64,000 nucleotides of DNA, from contig CAIPZV010000037.1 of assembly GCA_903869595.1 (NCBI GenBank), positions 4,600 through 68,599 on the forward strand, in the 5' to 3' direction. The DNA comes from an uncultured beta proteobacterium (GTDB lineage Bacteria; Pseudomonadota; Gammaproteobacteria; Burkholderiales; Burkholderiaceae_C). The position numbers and the translations under genes were made by a program. The notes under the pieces were generated by a model. The model saw only the letters and a list, made by a program, of their open reading frames with translations, ran no database searches and was not told the origin of the DNA. Below are positions 55,136 through 64,000 of the stretch, piece by piece; position 1 is the stretch's first letter, and each line of letters starts with the position of its first letter.

Positions 55136-55151
55136 TGGCACATTTATTGCG
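55136..55151 (+). promoter_or_regulatory. sigma54 promoter of flgH-L
   Basis: TGGCACATTTATTGCG, a perfect consensus match immediately after the terminator. Confidence 0.82.
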
Positions 55152-55240
55152 AATCATGGCAAGAGCTTGCCAGTTGTCCGGAAAGACGACAGGCAAAGAC
55201 CCAGATATCCGCCCTGCCACCCCTTTTTCGGAGAATCGCG

Positions 55241-55918
55241 ATGCCCTCCTGCACCACCTTGTTACGGCGCCTGGCCCTGGCCCTGCTGGTGGCGACCCTG
55301 TGCGCCTGTTCCGTGATTCCGCCCCAGCCCTTGGTTCACAGCGAAGGCTTTAAGCCGGTGTATCCGGTGGTTGATAGCCAGCCCAAGTTGGCCACTGGCG
55401 CTATTTTTAACAGTAACCGCAGCGAAGCCTTTTTCGGCGTGGGCCGCAGCTATGTGGTGGGCGACCTGGTCTCGGTGCTGCTGGCCGAGAACACCAGCGC
55501 TAACCGCTCGCAAAACGCCACCCTGAAGAAAACCGCGGGCGCTAAAGTGAGTTCCAAGGGCCTGCTCAATATCTTTGGTGACCTGGGACCGGAAATGGGT
55601 AGCACGGTGACTAACGACGGTTCAGGTCAAACCAATCAAGAGCAAACGCTCACCGGTTCGGTCACCGTATCCGTGATTGAAATCATGCCCAATGGCAACT
55701 TGGTGCTGCGCGGGGAAAAGCAAGTGGCGCTGTCCGAAGGCAGTGAAGTCATTCAGGTATCGGGGGTAGTGCGCCCGGAAGACATCGCACCCAATAACAC
55801 CGTGCTGTCGCGCCGCCTGGCCAATGCCCAGATCAGCTACCGCGGCATCGGCGACGAAGCTGCTGCCAGCCGCGCTGGCTGGGGCACCAGTGCCATCCTC
55901 AAGTTCATGCCCTTTTAA
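55241..55918 (+). CDS. flgH: L-ring protein FlgH
   Basis: Lipobox-like LCAC; PNGNLVLRGEK, GVVRPEDI and LANAQISY motifs. Confidence 0.95.
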   Translation: MPSCTTLLRRLALALLVATLCACSVIPPQPLVHSEGFKPVYPVVDSQPKLATGAIFNSNRSEAFFGVGRSYVVGDLVSVLLAENTSANRSQNATLKKTAGAKVSSKGLLNIFGDLGPEMGSTVTNDGSGQTNQEQTLTGSVTVSVIEIMPNGNLVLRGEKQVALSEGSEVIQVSGVVRPEDIAPNNTVLSRRLANAQISYRGIGDEAAASRAGWGTSAILKFMPF

Positions 55919-55945
55919 GCACGAACGCTCTACCGGACCAGCACC

Positions 55946-57079
55946 ATGCAATATTTTTTCCGACTCATCAGCCTGATGGCCCTGCTATGGGCCAGCAGCT
56001 TCTCCACGGCGCATGCGGACCGTATCAAGGACTTGACCAGCATGGCCGCCATGCGTGGCAACCAGCTGATCGGCTACGGCCTGGTGGTGGGCTTGCAAGG
56101 CACCGGCGACAAAAAAGCCACGTTCACCAGCCAGAGCATGAAAACCCTGCTCAACCGCATGGGTCTGAACCAAGACAACGACATCGACAAATTCAGCAAC
56201 GCTATAGCCAGTGGCAGCGACGAGCTGGCCAATGTGGCGGCGGTCATGATCACGGCGGACCTGCCGGGCATGTCCAAACCGGGACAACGTATTGACATCA
56301 ATGTGTCGGCCATCGGCGCAGCTTCCAGCCTGCGGGGCGGTAACTTGCTGCTCACCAGCTTGCGCGGTGTGGACGGGCAAATTTACGCTCTGGCCCAAGG
56401 CCCACTCACCTCCACCGGTATTGATGCCGGCGGCGCGGGCTCTAAGGTATCGATTGGCGTAACGACCTCGGCGCGCATTCCAGGCGGCGCCACGGTGGAG
56501 CGGGCGGTACCCAATTCTTTTGACAAGTCGGACAACGTGCTGCTGAACCTGCGCGAAAGCGACTTTACGACCGCTAACAGCATCATGCAGGCGATCAATA
56601 CCAAATTCGGGGCGGATGTGGCCAATGCACTTGATGGAGTTTCCATCGTCGTGCGCGCGCCCATGGATATCAGCCAGCGCGTGTCGTTTATGAGCATGAT
56701 CGAAAACATCGACGTGCAGCCGGGTGAGCCCCCTGCCCGCGTGGTGGTCAATGCGCGTACCGGTACCGTGGTGATCAGCCGCAATGTGAAAGTCACGGCC
56801 GCAGCGGTTACGCACGGCACGATTACCGTGTCGGTGGCTATGACCAATGAGGTGTCGCAGCCCGGCGCGTTTTCCGGCGGCACGACCAAAGACGTACAAA
56901 ACGCCGAGATCAAAGTGGGGGAACCCAACAAGCCAATGTTCCTGTTCCAGCCCGGCGTGGACCTGCGCCAGATCGTCGATGCGGTGAACCAAGTGGGCGC
57001 TACGCCCTCGGCGCTGATTGCGATTTTGGAAGCACTCAAGAGCTCGGGTAGCCTGCGCGCCGAGTTGCTGGTTATTTGA
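55946..57079 (+). CDS. flgI: P-ring protein FlgI
   Basis: RIKDL, NQLIGYGLVVGLQGTGD and VVVNARTGTVV motifs. Confidence 0.97.
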   Translation: MQYFFRLISLMALLWASSFSTAHADRIKDLTSMAAMRGNQLIGYGLVVGLQGTGDKKATFTSQSMKTLLNRMGLNQDNDIDKFSNAIASGSDELANVAAVMITADLPGMSKPGQRIDINVSAIGAASSLRGGNLLLTSLRGVDGQIYALAQGPLTSTGIDAGGAGSKVSIGVTTSARIPGGATVERAVPNSFDKSDNVLLNLRESDFTTANSIMQAINTKFGADVANALDGVSIVVRAPMDISQRVSFMSMIENIDVQPGEPPARVVVNARTGTVVISRNVKVTAAAVTHGTITVSVAMTNEVSQPGAFSGGTTKDVQNAEIKVGEPNKPMFLFQPGVDLRQIVDAVNQVGATPSALIAILEALKSSGSLRAELLVI

Positions 57080-57110
57080 TTCCCACCCTCTAACAAGACT
57101 GACCTGCACC

Positions 57111-57659
57111 ATGGATCCGCTCACCAACGCCATGCCGCCAGCGGCTGCAGCCATGACCGGCACCTACCTGGACTTTGGTGGGATAGGCAAGCTCAAAGGC
57201 CAGGCGCGCACCGACGCCAAGGCCGCTACGCGCGAGACGGCGCAGCAGTTTGAAGCCATGTTTTTGCAGATGATGATGAAGACCATGCGCGATGCGATTC
57301 CCAAAAGCGGCATGAACGAGTCACAGGCGGAAGAAACCTTCCAGGGCATGTTTGACAAAGAAGTCTCTTTGGCCATGGCTAAGCGCAATTCGCTGGGGCT
57401 AGCGGACATGCTGGTCAAGCACATGCCAGACCCGAACGCGGCCCAACCGAGTACCGCACAAATGCTACAGGCGCGCCAGCCCCAAGGCATGCCTTTGCAG
57501 GCAGCGCCCGCCAGCCCCATGGCCTTGCAGGCAGCCGCGCCAACGCTGGCGCCGCTGCCCAAGGCACCCGGCGCTATGCCTTTGACCGGCATTTCAGCTG
57601 CTTCGCCTTCGGGCGTGGTGGTGAACAGCAGCACAGCCACTGACGGAGCCAAGCCATGA
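57111..57659 (+). CDS. flgJ: FlgJ, rod-capping domain only (no muramidase domain)
   Basis: AQQFEAMFLQMMMKTMRDA...GLADMLVKH; ends in a low-complexity tail at 182 aa. Confidence 0.9.
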   Translation: MDPLTNAMPPAAAAMTGTYLDFGGIGKLKGQARTDAKAATRETAQQFEAMFLQMMMKTMRDAIPKSGMNESQAEETFQGMFDKEVSLAMAKRNSLGLADMLVKHMPDPNAAQPSTAQMLQARQPQGMPLQAAPASPMALQAAAPTLAPLPKAPGAMPLTGISAASPSGVVVNSSTATDGAKP

Positions 57660-60600
57660 CAGATATGGCCGGCATTGCCGGAAATGCGGTTTCGGTCTAC
57701 CAGCAGGCGCTGTCCACCGTCAGTAACAACATCGCCAACGTTTCCACGGATGGTTACTCACGCCAGGACGTGTCGCTGTCGGCCTTGCCGGTCACCAAAG
57801 CCGGTAATGTGTTTATGGGCTCGGGCGTGGCCATGGACCGGGTCAAGCGCCAATACGATGCCTTTGTCGAATCCAATTTGCGCAACACCACCAGTGATTT
57901 AGAAGCACAAGGCCCCATGGTCAATTACGCCAACCGCGTGGTCGACGTGCTGGGCAGCAGCACCATGGGACTGAACACCGCCTTAGACGCCTTTTTTGCC
58001 TCGGCCCGTACCGTCTCTGGTGACCCCTCCTCTACCGTGCTGCGCAGCAGCTTTGTGCGTGACGCACAGGGTGTGGCGGATCGGTTTGGCCAGCTATCGG
58101 CGCAACTGGATTTGGTGCAGGAGCAAACCCAGCAGGAGTTGGACAATTCGGTCAACCAAATCAATGCGCTGACTTCGCAGATAGCCAAAGTCAATATCCA
58201 GTTAGCCAAACAAAAGAGCGAGGATGCGCAACCACCAGATCTGCTGGACCAACGCGATTTGCTGCTCAAACAGCTATCCGAATTTGCCCGTATGAACACT
58301 CGGTTTACGCCCAATGGCATTGTGACGGTGAGCTTTGGCCCCACCATTAACGCGGACGTCGTAGTGGATGGTCAAAAGGCCTTGATGATTCAGGCCAATT
58401 ACGAGGCGGGCGGCTCCCCCGAAAAAGCATCGCTGGTGCTGGACCCCTACGGTAAAGCAATCGCGCTCAACGGCATTTCCAGCGGTTCCTTGGCTGGGAT
58501 CATGAACTTTAGAGACCAGGTGCTGGGCAGTTCGCGCAACGCACTGGACGGCCTGGCCAAGACGTTTGCCAATGAAGTCAATACCCTGCACCAGCAAGGC
58601 ATTGATGGCTATGGCAATCCGGGGCAGGCCTTGTTTAGCTTTGACAGCAGCATCCAAAGCGCTGCCGGCGGCATGCGGGTTAGCTTTGAAGATCCGTTGC
58701 GGGTGGCCGCCGGTGCGCAGTTTCGCGTGGTGGAAGGCTCAGAAAACCCCAGTGGCACCAACGCCAGCATCAGCTACGATGAAAAACCATCGCCTTCGGT
58801 AGGCACCAACAACGCCCTGCCACCACCGCCACCGCCTGGCCCACCGGCGCTGCAATCGGCGGTGCCAAACAGTGGCAATGTCAGTACGGCACGCCAGGTG
58901 AGCGTCAGCTCCAGCCTAGGCGTCGCTGCCGTGGCCAGCATTGCCAATGGCATGCAAGATGTGAGTCTGTACCTGGACGGTATGCAAGCGGGTCAGCAGC
59001 TACAAATTTATACGCGCGATGGGCGGCATGTACTGGGCGCGCCCTTGACCGACAGCGTTGCCTTGGACAATTTGATGACCAAGGAAAACGGCTTCGCTGC
59101 GGGCGCAACCCTGAGCGATGAATACCTGAACCAGTCGGGCGTTACACCTGATGGCGCAGCCGTGGGCTACAAGGGTATGCAAGTGTTTTATGGCGCACAG
59201 GCGCAGGTGCAGGGGCAGCCGATTTATGACGGCAAGGATGCCGTGTCGGGCTACGACTACCTGCCAGCCGTGTTGCAAGGTGGGCGGATCAGCCCAATGA
59301 CGGCTAGCAACATGCCCTTGATGGATGCCACTACGAATCCTCCGAAGCGTTATTTCCCAGCGGGTGCGTTCAAGCTCAACGGGCAAGACCTAGGCCGCCT
59401 GGACCCACCGGTCGGTGGCGGTCCGCTGCAAGCATCGGCCATTGCCAATTGGATCAATGCGGCGCGGGAAACTACCGGGGTGACCGCCAAAGCGAGCAAT
59501 GTCATCGTGGTCAAGCCCGAGCAAATGAAATTCGGCATGCCCTTGTATTTCGGGTCCTCCCGGGTGGACACTGCGGGCGCCAATACGCCCCAAGCCCTGG
59601 CAAAAGCCATCAACAATGCCAATGCAGGCGTCAATGCCACTGTCAACGCGGGTGGAGATTTGGTCATCCGCAACAACGAAGGTCACGCCGGCGAAGACAT
59701 TAGTATTTCGGCCACCGCGTCCAATACCTCGGGTATCCTTTCGCTTACGGCCTTGGGCATGGGCGCGACGACCTTCAGGGGCGAGGTGGAATTGATCAAG
59801 CCAGCGGTGGACACCATCGTGGTGGATACATCCAAGATGAAGCTTGACAAGGGCTTGCTGATCAACGGGAAAACGATCACCCTGCCCTCCGGGTTGAGTA
59901 CACCGCTGACCCGTGCGAAATTATTGGCAATCGCCTCGGCCATCAATGGGCAGTCAGACACTACCGACGTGACCGCCCGCCTCAGCGCGGATAACCAGAG
60001 CCTGATTCTGGGCAGCATAGCGCAGGGCACCAACCCCAAAATTACTATAAGCGGTTCCATACTCACCGACGGCAAGGGCAGTCCCCTGGTGGACGAGCAG
60101 CAAAACCAGGGCAACCGGTACCTATACGATAAATACAATGCACTGGGCGTCACCAATGGCGTCTGGCCCGCCGAACAGGTCAATGAACTGACGGTAAAGG
60201 CGGACCAAATCAAGTACGGCAACCCCTTGTATTTCAAGGATGCTGGCAATTGGGTGCAGGTCACTACGACGGGCATCGACACCGTGCAGGGCTTGGCACA
60301 AAAAATTCAACAGGCCCATGCGGGCGTGGTGGCCGACGTCGTCAATGGTGATTTAGTCATTCGCAACGCTGCGGACAGGATCGGGCGCGACATCCGAATC
60401 TCCGCGAGCCCATCCGACGCGACAGGCACATCGTCACTGACCGCTTTGGGCTTGAGCGCAAGCACCTTCAAAGTACAGGTTCAGGTAACGCCCTCCGGCC
60501 CTATCCAGTTGGGCTTTGGCAGCACCGGTACGCCGAACGACCTGGCCCAGCTAGGCTTTAGAACCGGTGCGTTTATCACCGGTGCGGCAAAAGACGATTT

Positions 60601-61231
60601 GCTGGTATTTGTGAGCGGCCCTGGCAATGCGTCCGTGTCCGCCAGCTATTCGGGCCAACCGGTGGACGCCAAGCAAAGCTTGCGGGCGCAAACCCTGGAA
60701 GTCAAGTTTGCCCAGGATCCCGCCAAATACCAAGGCGCGCTGTACTACACCATCCGGTCCACCGATCCGGGCAACACTGCACTGGGTTCTACGGTAGTAG
60801 CCGAACGCGTGTTCAACCCGGCCGAACTCAACCCGGGTATCCGCTTTCAAGGTTTGAACCTCTCCTTTACCTCAGCGCCCCAGCCCAATGACGTGTTCAA
60901 GCTCGATGGCAACCAAGACGGTCTGGGCAATAACGACAATATGTTGGCCATCGCCGCCTTGGAAACCAAAGCGGTGGTAGGCAACAAGACGCTGACCAAC
61001 TCGTACATCGACCAGGTCAATGAGATGGGAAATATTGCGCGCCAGGCCACGATTTCGCAAACCGCACTCACCGTGGTGCACGAGCAGGCTATCAAGTCGC
61101 GGGATGAAATCTCCGGCGTGAGCCTGGACAAAGAGGCCGCCGATCTGATCCGCTACCAGCAAGCCTACCAAGCCTCGGCCAAAGTGCTGCAGGTGGCCGG
61201 CCAATTGTTTGATGCTGTATTGCGCGTGTAG
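57656..61231 (+). CDS. flgK: hook-associated protein FlgK with large insertion (1191 aa)
   Basis: SNNIANVSTDGYSRQ, LLDQRD and SGVSLDKEAADLIRYQQAYQASAKV. Confidence 0.94.
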   Translation: MTDMAGIAGNAVSVYQQALSTVSNNIANVSTDGYSRQDVSLSALPVTKAGNVFMGSGVAMDRVKRQYDAFVESNLRNTTSDLEAQGPMVNYANRVVDVLGSSTMGLNTALDAFFASARTVSGDPSSTVLRSSFVRDAQGVADRFGQLSAQLDLVQEQTQQELDNSVNQINALTSQIAKVNIQLAKQKSEDAQPPDLLDQRDLLLKQLSEFARMNTRFTPNGIVTVSFGPTINADVVVDGQKALMIQANYEAGGSPEKASLVLDPYGKAIALNGISSGSLAGIMNFRDQVLGSSRNALDGLAKTFANEVNTLHQQGIDGYGNPGQALFSFDSSIQSAAGGMRVSFEDPLRVAAGAQFRVVEGSENPSGTNASISYDEKPSPSVGTNNALPPPPPPGPPALQSAVPNSGNVSTARQVSVSSSLGVAAVASIANGMQDVSLYLDGMQAGQQLQIYTRDGRHVLGAPLTDSVALDNLMTKENGFAAGATLSDEYLNQSGVTPDGAAVGYKGMQVFYGAQAQVQGQPIYDGKDAVSGYDYLPAVLQGGRISPMTASNMPLMDATTNPPKRYFPAGAFKLNGQDLGRLDPPVGGGPLQASAIANWINAARETTGVTAKASNVIVVKPEQMKFGMPLYFGSSRVDTAGANTPQALAKAINNANAGVNATVNAGGDLVIRNNEGHAGEDISISATASNTSGILSLTALGMGATTFRGEVELIKPAVDTIVVDTSKMKLDKGLLINGKTITLPSGLSTPLTRAKLLAIASAINGQSDTTDVTARLSADNQSLILGSIAQGTNPKITISGSILTDGKGSPLVDEQQNQGNRYLYDKYNALGVTNGVWPAEQVNELTVKADQIKYGNPLYFKDAGNWVQVTTTGIDTVQGLAQKIQQAHAGVVADVVNGDLVIRNAADRIGRDIRISASPSDATGTSSLTALGLSASTFKVQVQVTPSGPIQLGFGSTGTPNDLAQLGFRTGAFITGAAKDDLLVFVSGPGNASVSASYSGQPVDAKQSLRAQTLEVKFAQDPAKYQGALYYTIRSTDPGNTALGSTVVAERVFNPAELNPGIRFQGLNLSFTSAPQPNDVFKLDGNQDGLGNNDNMLAIAALETKAVVGNKTLTNSYIDQVNEMGNIARQATISQTALTVVHEQAIKSRDEISGVSLDKEAADLIRYQQAYQASAKVLQVAGQLFDAVLRV

Positions 61232-61251
61232 TAAGAATAGGGAAAGACACC

Positions 61252-62190
61252 ATGCAAATCTCCACCGGATACCTTTTTGACCGCTCCAGCAAGCAAATGG
61301 TCAGCATCCAAAATGACCTGGCCAAATCGCAAGCCCAGATCGCCGCGCAAAAGCAGGTGCTCAACCCCAGCGACGCGCCAGACCAGGCGGCCACGATCAC
61401 ACGCCTGAAGTCAGTGATCGGGCGCCAGGACACCTACAGCACCGCCTTGAACCAGGTGCAGGCGCGGCTCGACGGAGAAAGTACCAACTTGACCAGCGCC
61501 AGCGATGTGCTGGTGCGCATTAAAGAATTAGCGGTGCAGGCCAACAACGGCAGCCAGGGCCAGGTCAGCCGACTGGCGATAGCAACCGAGATGAAAGGTC
61601 TGCGCGACCAATTGTTAAGCCTGTCCAACAGCACTGACCCCACCGGCAATTACATTTTTTCGGGTAGCAAGGTGCATACGCCGGCTTTTACCGAAGACGC
61701 AGAGGGCCGTGTCCATTACACCGGCGACCAAACCCGTATGAACGTAGCGGTGGGCGAGCAGCGCTCTGTACCGATCAACCGACCAGGTACCAATGCATTT
61801 ACCCGCGTGGTGCGCACCGATGAAACCGGTGAACAGACAGGCGTGGGGTTTTTTAGCGCAATCGACGACCTGATCAACGCCGTGAAGAGCCCGGAGCGCG
61901 GCCCTGATGTCATTATGCAGATGCAGCGCGGGCTCACCGAAATGGACGCGTTGCACAATGGCGTGGTCATGGCACAAGCGGAGGTCGGTACCGACATGAA
62001 GGTGGTGGAGCAGCAAGGGGCCGTGGTGGACGATACCAAGATGACCCTGAAAGTAGCCCTGTCCAATGTGGAAGACTTGGACATGGCCACGGCGATTACC
62101 AATATGCAAAAGCTGATGCTGTCGCTGGAAGCGGCGCAAAGCACGTTTGCCAAGACATCGCAGATGTCCTTGTTCAAGTACCTGGGCTAG
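61252..62190 (+). CDS. flgL: hook-associated protein FlgL
   Basis: MQIST, NPSDAP, GNYIFSG and EDLDMATAI...LEAAQSTFAK. Confidence 0.94.
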   Translation: MQISTGYLFDRSSKQMVSIQNDLAKSQAQIAAQKQVLNPSDAPDQAATITRLKSVIGRQDTYSTALNQVQARLDGESTNLTSASDVLVRIKELAVQANNGSQGQVSRLAIATEMKGLRDQLLSLSNSTDPTGNYIFSGSKVHTPAFTEDAEGRVHYTGDQTRMNVAVGEQRSVPINRPGTNAFTRVVRTDETGEQTGVGFFSAIDDLINAVKSPERGPDVIMQMQRGLTEMDALHNGVVMAQAEVGTDMKVVEQQGAVVDDTKMTLKVALSNVEDLDMATAITNMQKLMLSLEAAQSTFAKTSQMSLFKYLG

Positions 62191-62197
62191 GCCGGGC

Positions 62198-62224
62198 TCA
62201 AGTTCCCAAGACTACAGCCGACTA
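62198..62224 (+). promoter_or_regulatory. putative sigma28 promoter of fliD
   Basis: TCAAG-N14-GCCGACTA. Confidence 0.7.
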
Positions 62225-62247
62225 ATTTCTAAGCGCTCATACACACC

Positions 62248-64000
62248 ATGGTTACCTCGGTTTCATCCACTTCTAGCACCGCCACTGGTACGAGCAGTAG
62301 CGCTACGAACAAGGCCGCTACCGGGCAGAATGTGATGAAGGCGCTTGGCAGCGGCTCGGGCATTGATACGGCTTCCCTGGCGCAAAGCCTGGTCGATGCA
62401 GAAAAGGCACCACGTGCGGATGCGATCAATAAGAATATCAAGAAAAGCGAAGCGATAGTTTCGGGCTATGCGGCCGTCAAATATGCCTTGAATGCGGTGA
62501 AGACTGCATTTGACGACTTAAAAGACGTCAGTGACTTTAGTGCTGTGACGGCGACTAGCAACCAAACCGATATTTTTTCGGTCAGCACTAGCACCAGCAC
62601 CCAACCCGGCAGCCATTCGATTTTGGTAACGCAGTTGGCGCAGGAGCAAAGAAGCGCCTCCAGCCAATCGTTTACCAGTCCCAGCGACGTTATCACCAAC
62701 CAGCCACTGAACCTGTACCTCAATGGCTCCAATGCCCCCTCTATTGCCGTGACCACCGCCACGCCCGCCGGGGTGGTGGACGCCATTAATAAGGCAGGCA
62801 AAGGCCTGAGCGCCCAGTTGGTCAATACCGGCAACGGTTACAAAATTACCGTCACAGGCGCCAGCGGCAGCAGCAACGCCTTTGTCCTAAGCAGCGACGC
62901 CCTGGGTTTGGACTTTGGTGCCATTTCCTTAAAGCGGCCGCAAATTAACCAGTCTTCCCAGTCTTTTGCTGCGGGCGACACCGCTATCGCCGCAGCACCC
63001 ATCAACCTGACCCTTAATGGCGACGCAGCCAACCCCATCGTGGTGGATCCGCCCACGCCAGACGGTTTTGTCGCAGCCTTTAACGGCTCTGCGGCGGCCC
63101 AGGCCAAAGGCTTGACCGCTAATTACTTTGGCGGCAAATTGACGGTGACCAGCCCATCGGGCAGTACGAACGCGTTTTCCCTGCTCACCGACAACGGCGA
63201 CGCGCTGGCCTTTGTGCAAAAACAGTCGGCCAAAGACTTGTGCATGACCAAGCCACTCCAAGAGGCCAAAGACGCCGCCTTGCAGGTAGACGGCCTGCCC
63301 ATTACCAGCACTAGCAATGCGGTGAGCGATGTGATCCCCGGTGTCACGCTGAACCTGACCGCCACCAATGCCAATGCAGTCAACGGTTTTGTCCAAGCCA
63401 CCGGCACAGCCGCCACACTGAGCCTGGCCAACGACACTAGTGTGGCCAAGGCCAAGATCACCGCGCTGGTAACCGCCTACAACGACGCTACGGATCTACT
63501 GGACCAGGTAAGCAACCCCAAATCCAGCCTGGCCACCTATGGCGGCACCTTGGTGGGCAATTCCAGCGTTCGATCGATGCGCGACCAGCTGCGGCGGCTC
63601 GTTACCCAAGATTTTTTTAGCGGCGGCAGCTGGAGTACTGCCAACCCGAATCAGCCACGCCCGGCGCAAAATGCCGGTCCCAGCCATTCGCTGGAGGCGC
63701 TCAGAGACATTGGAATTGAGGTTGACAGCCACGGCAAACTCAAAACCAACTCCGTGAAACTGGACCTGGCGCTGAATTTCAAGTTCGCCGACACGGTGAC
63801 CCTGCTCTCTGGCAACCAGGAAAATCAGGCCACTTCGGATAAATCCGCCTCCGGTCTGGCGGGCGATGCCAGCAAAGCAATCGGCACCATACTGGGCACC
63901 AGCGGCACGATTACGGTAGAGACAGAAAACGCCACTAAGCGTATAAGCAAGTACCAAGACGACTTGACGGCCTTAGACGACCGCATGAGCATGATCTTGG
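62248..64000 (+). CDS. fliD: filament cap protein FliD (partial; runs off the right end)
   Basis: Manual translation MVTSVSST...LGSGSGIDTASLAQSLVDAEKAP...VTQLAQ...SDVIPGVTLNL...RISKYQDDLTALDDRM; no stop found before the window end. Confidence 0.92.
   Translation, partial: MVTSVSSTSSTATGTSSSATNKAATGQNVMKALGSGSGIDTASLAQSLVDAEKAPRADAINKNIKKSEAIVSGYAAVKYALNAVKTAFDDLKDVSDFSAVTATSNQTDIFSVSTSTSTQPGSHSILVTQLAQEQRSASSQSFTSPSDVITNQPLNLYLNGSNAPSIAVTTATPAGVVDAINKAGKGLSAQLVNTGNGYKITVTGASGSSNAFVLSSDALGLDFGAISLKRPQINQSSQSFAAGDTAIAAAPINLTLNGDAANPIVVDPPTPDGFVAAFNGSAAAQAKGLTANYFGGKLTVTSPSGSTNAFSLLTDNGDALAFVQKQSAKDLCMTKPLQEAKDAALQVDGLPITSTSNAVSDVIPGVTLNLTATNANAVNGFVQATGTAATLSLANDTSVAKAKITALVTAYNDATDLLDQVSNPKSSLATYGGTLVGNSSVRSMRDQLRRLVTQDFFSGGSWSTANPNQPRPAQNAGPSHSLEALRDIGIEVDSHGKLKTNSVKLDLALNFKFADTVTLLSGNQENQATSDKSASGLAGDASKAIGTILGTSGTITVETENATKRISKYQDDLTALDDRMSMIL

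Noticed and set aside
1-64000. CRISPR array, tRNA, rRNA, integrase or transposase
   Set aside because: I saw no regularly spaced identical repeats with unique spacers and no RNA-gene or recombinase motifs. The periodic DNA at 32.4-39.6 kb is explained by protein repeats.

Overview
GC-rich bacterial chromosomal window. The left-end housekeeping genes resemble Betaproteobacteria/Comamonadaceae; this is inferred from protein style and gene order, with no database search. Positions 1-11.2 kb hold housekeeping genes: ccoN (partial), ccoS and ccoI with two FNR-like boxes, usp, a REC-HD-GYP regulator, an enoyl-CoA hydratase, lgt and a MoxR/DUF58/transglutaminase triad. Positions 12.5-64 kb hold a large flagellar locus of the sigma54/FleQ-FlhF-FlhG-FliA type: motAB, fliS, fliA, flhG, flhF, flhA, fliK-R, flhB, a receiver-less FleQ-like activator, FlgP/FlgT-like genes, a second FliK with FlhX, flgNMA, flgB-L and fliD (partial). 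No flhDC, fliC, fliE-J or che genes lie in the window. The best novelty candidate is a 7.3-kb non-flagellar module inside the locus, divergent from fleQ and carrying two sigma54-type promoters. It encodes an 11-repeat Sel1 protein, a catalytically degenerate PLD-fold/J-domain fusion, a 15x25-aa Trp-rich repeat protein, two coupled small ORFs and a ~22-repeat Sel1 protein. Other unusual features are a giant hook protein (FlgE 1356 aa), a giant FlgK (1191 aa) with repeated domains, a long FliK, a muramidase-less FlgJ with a separate LysM/lysozyme-like gene, a DamX-like gene coupled to flhB, a REP/MITE-like repeat family and a pseudoknot-capable ~180-nt structured element. All family calls come from motif recognition by eye.
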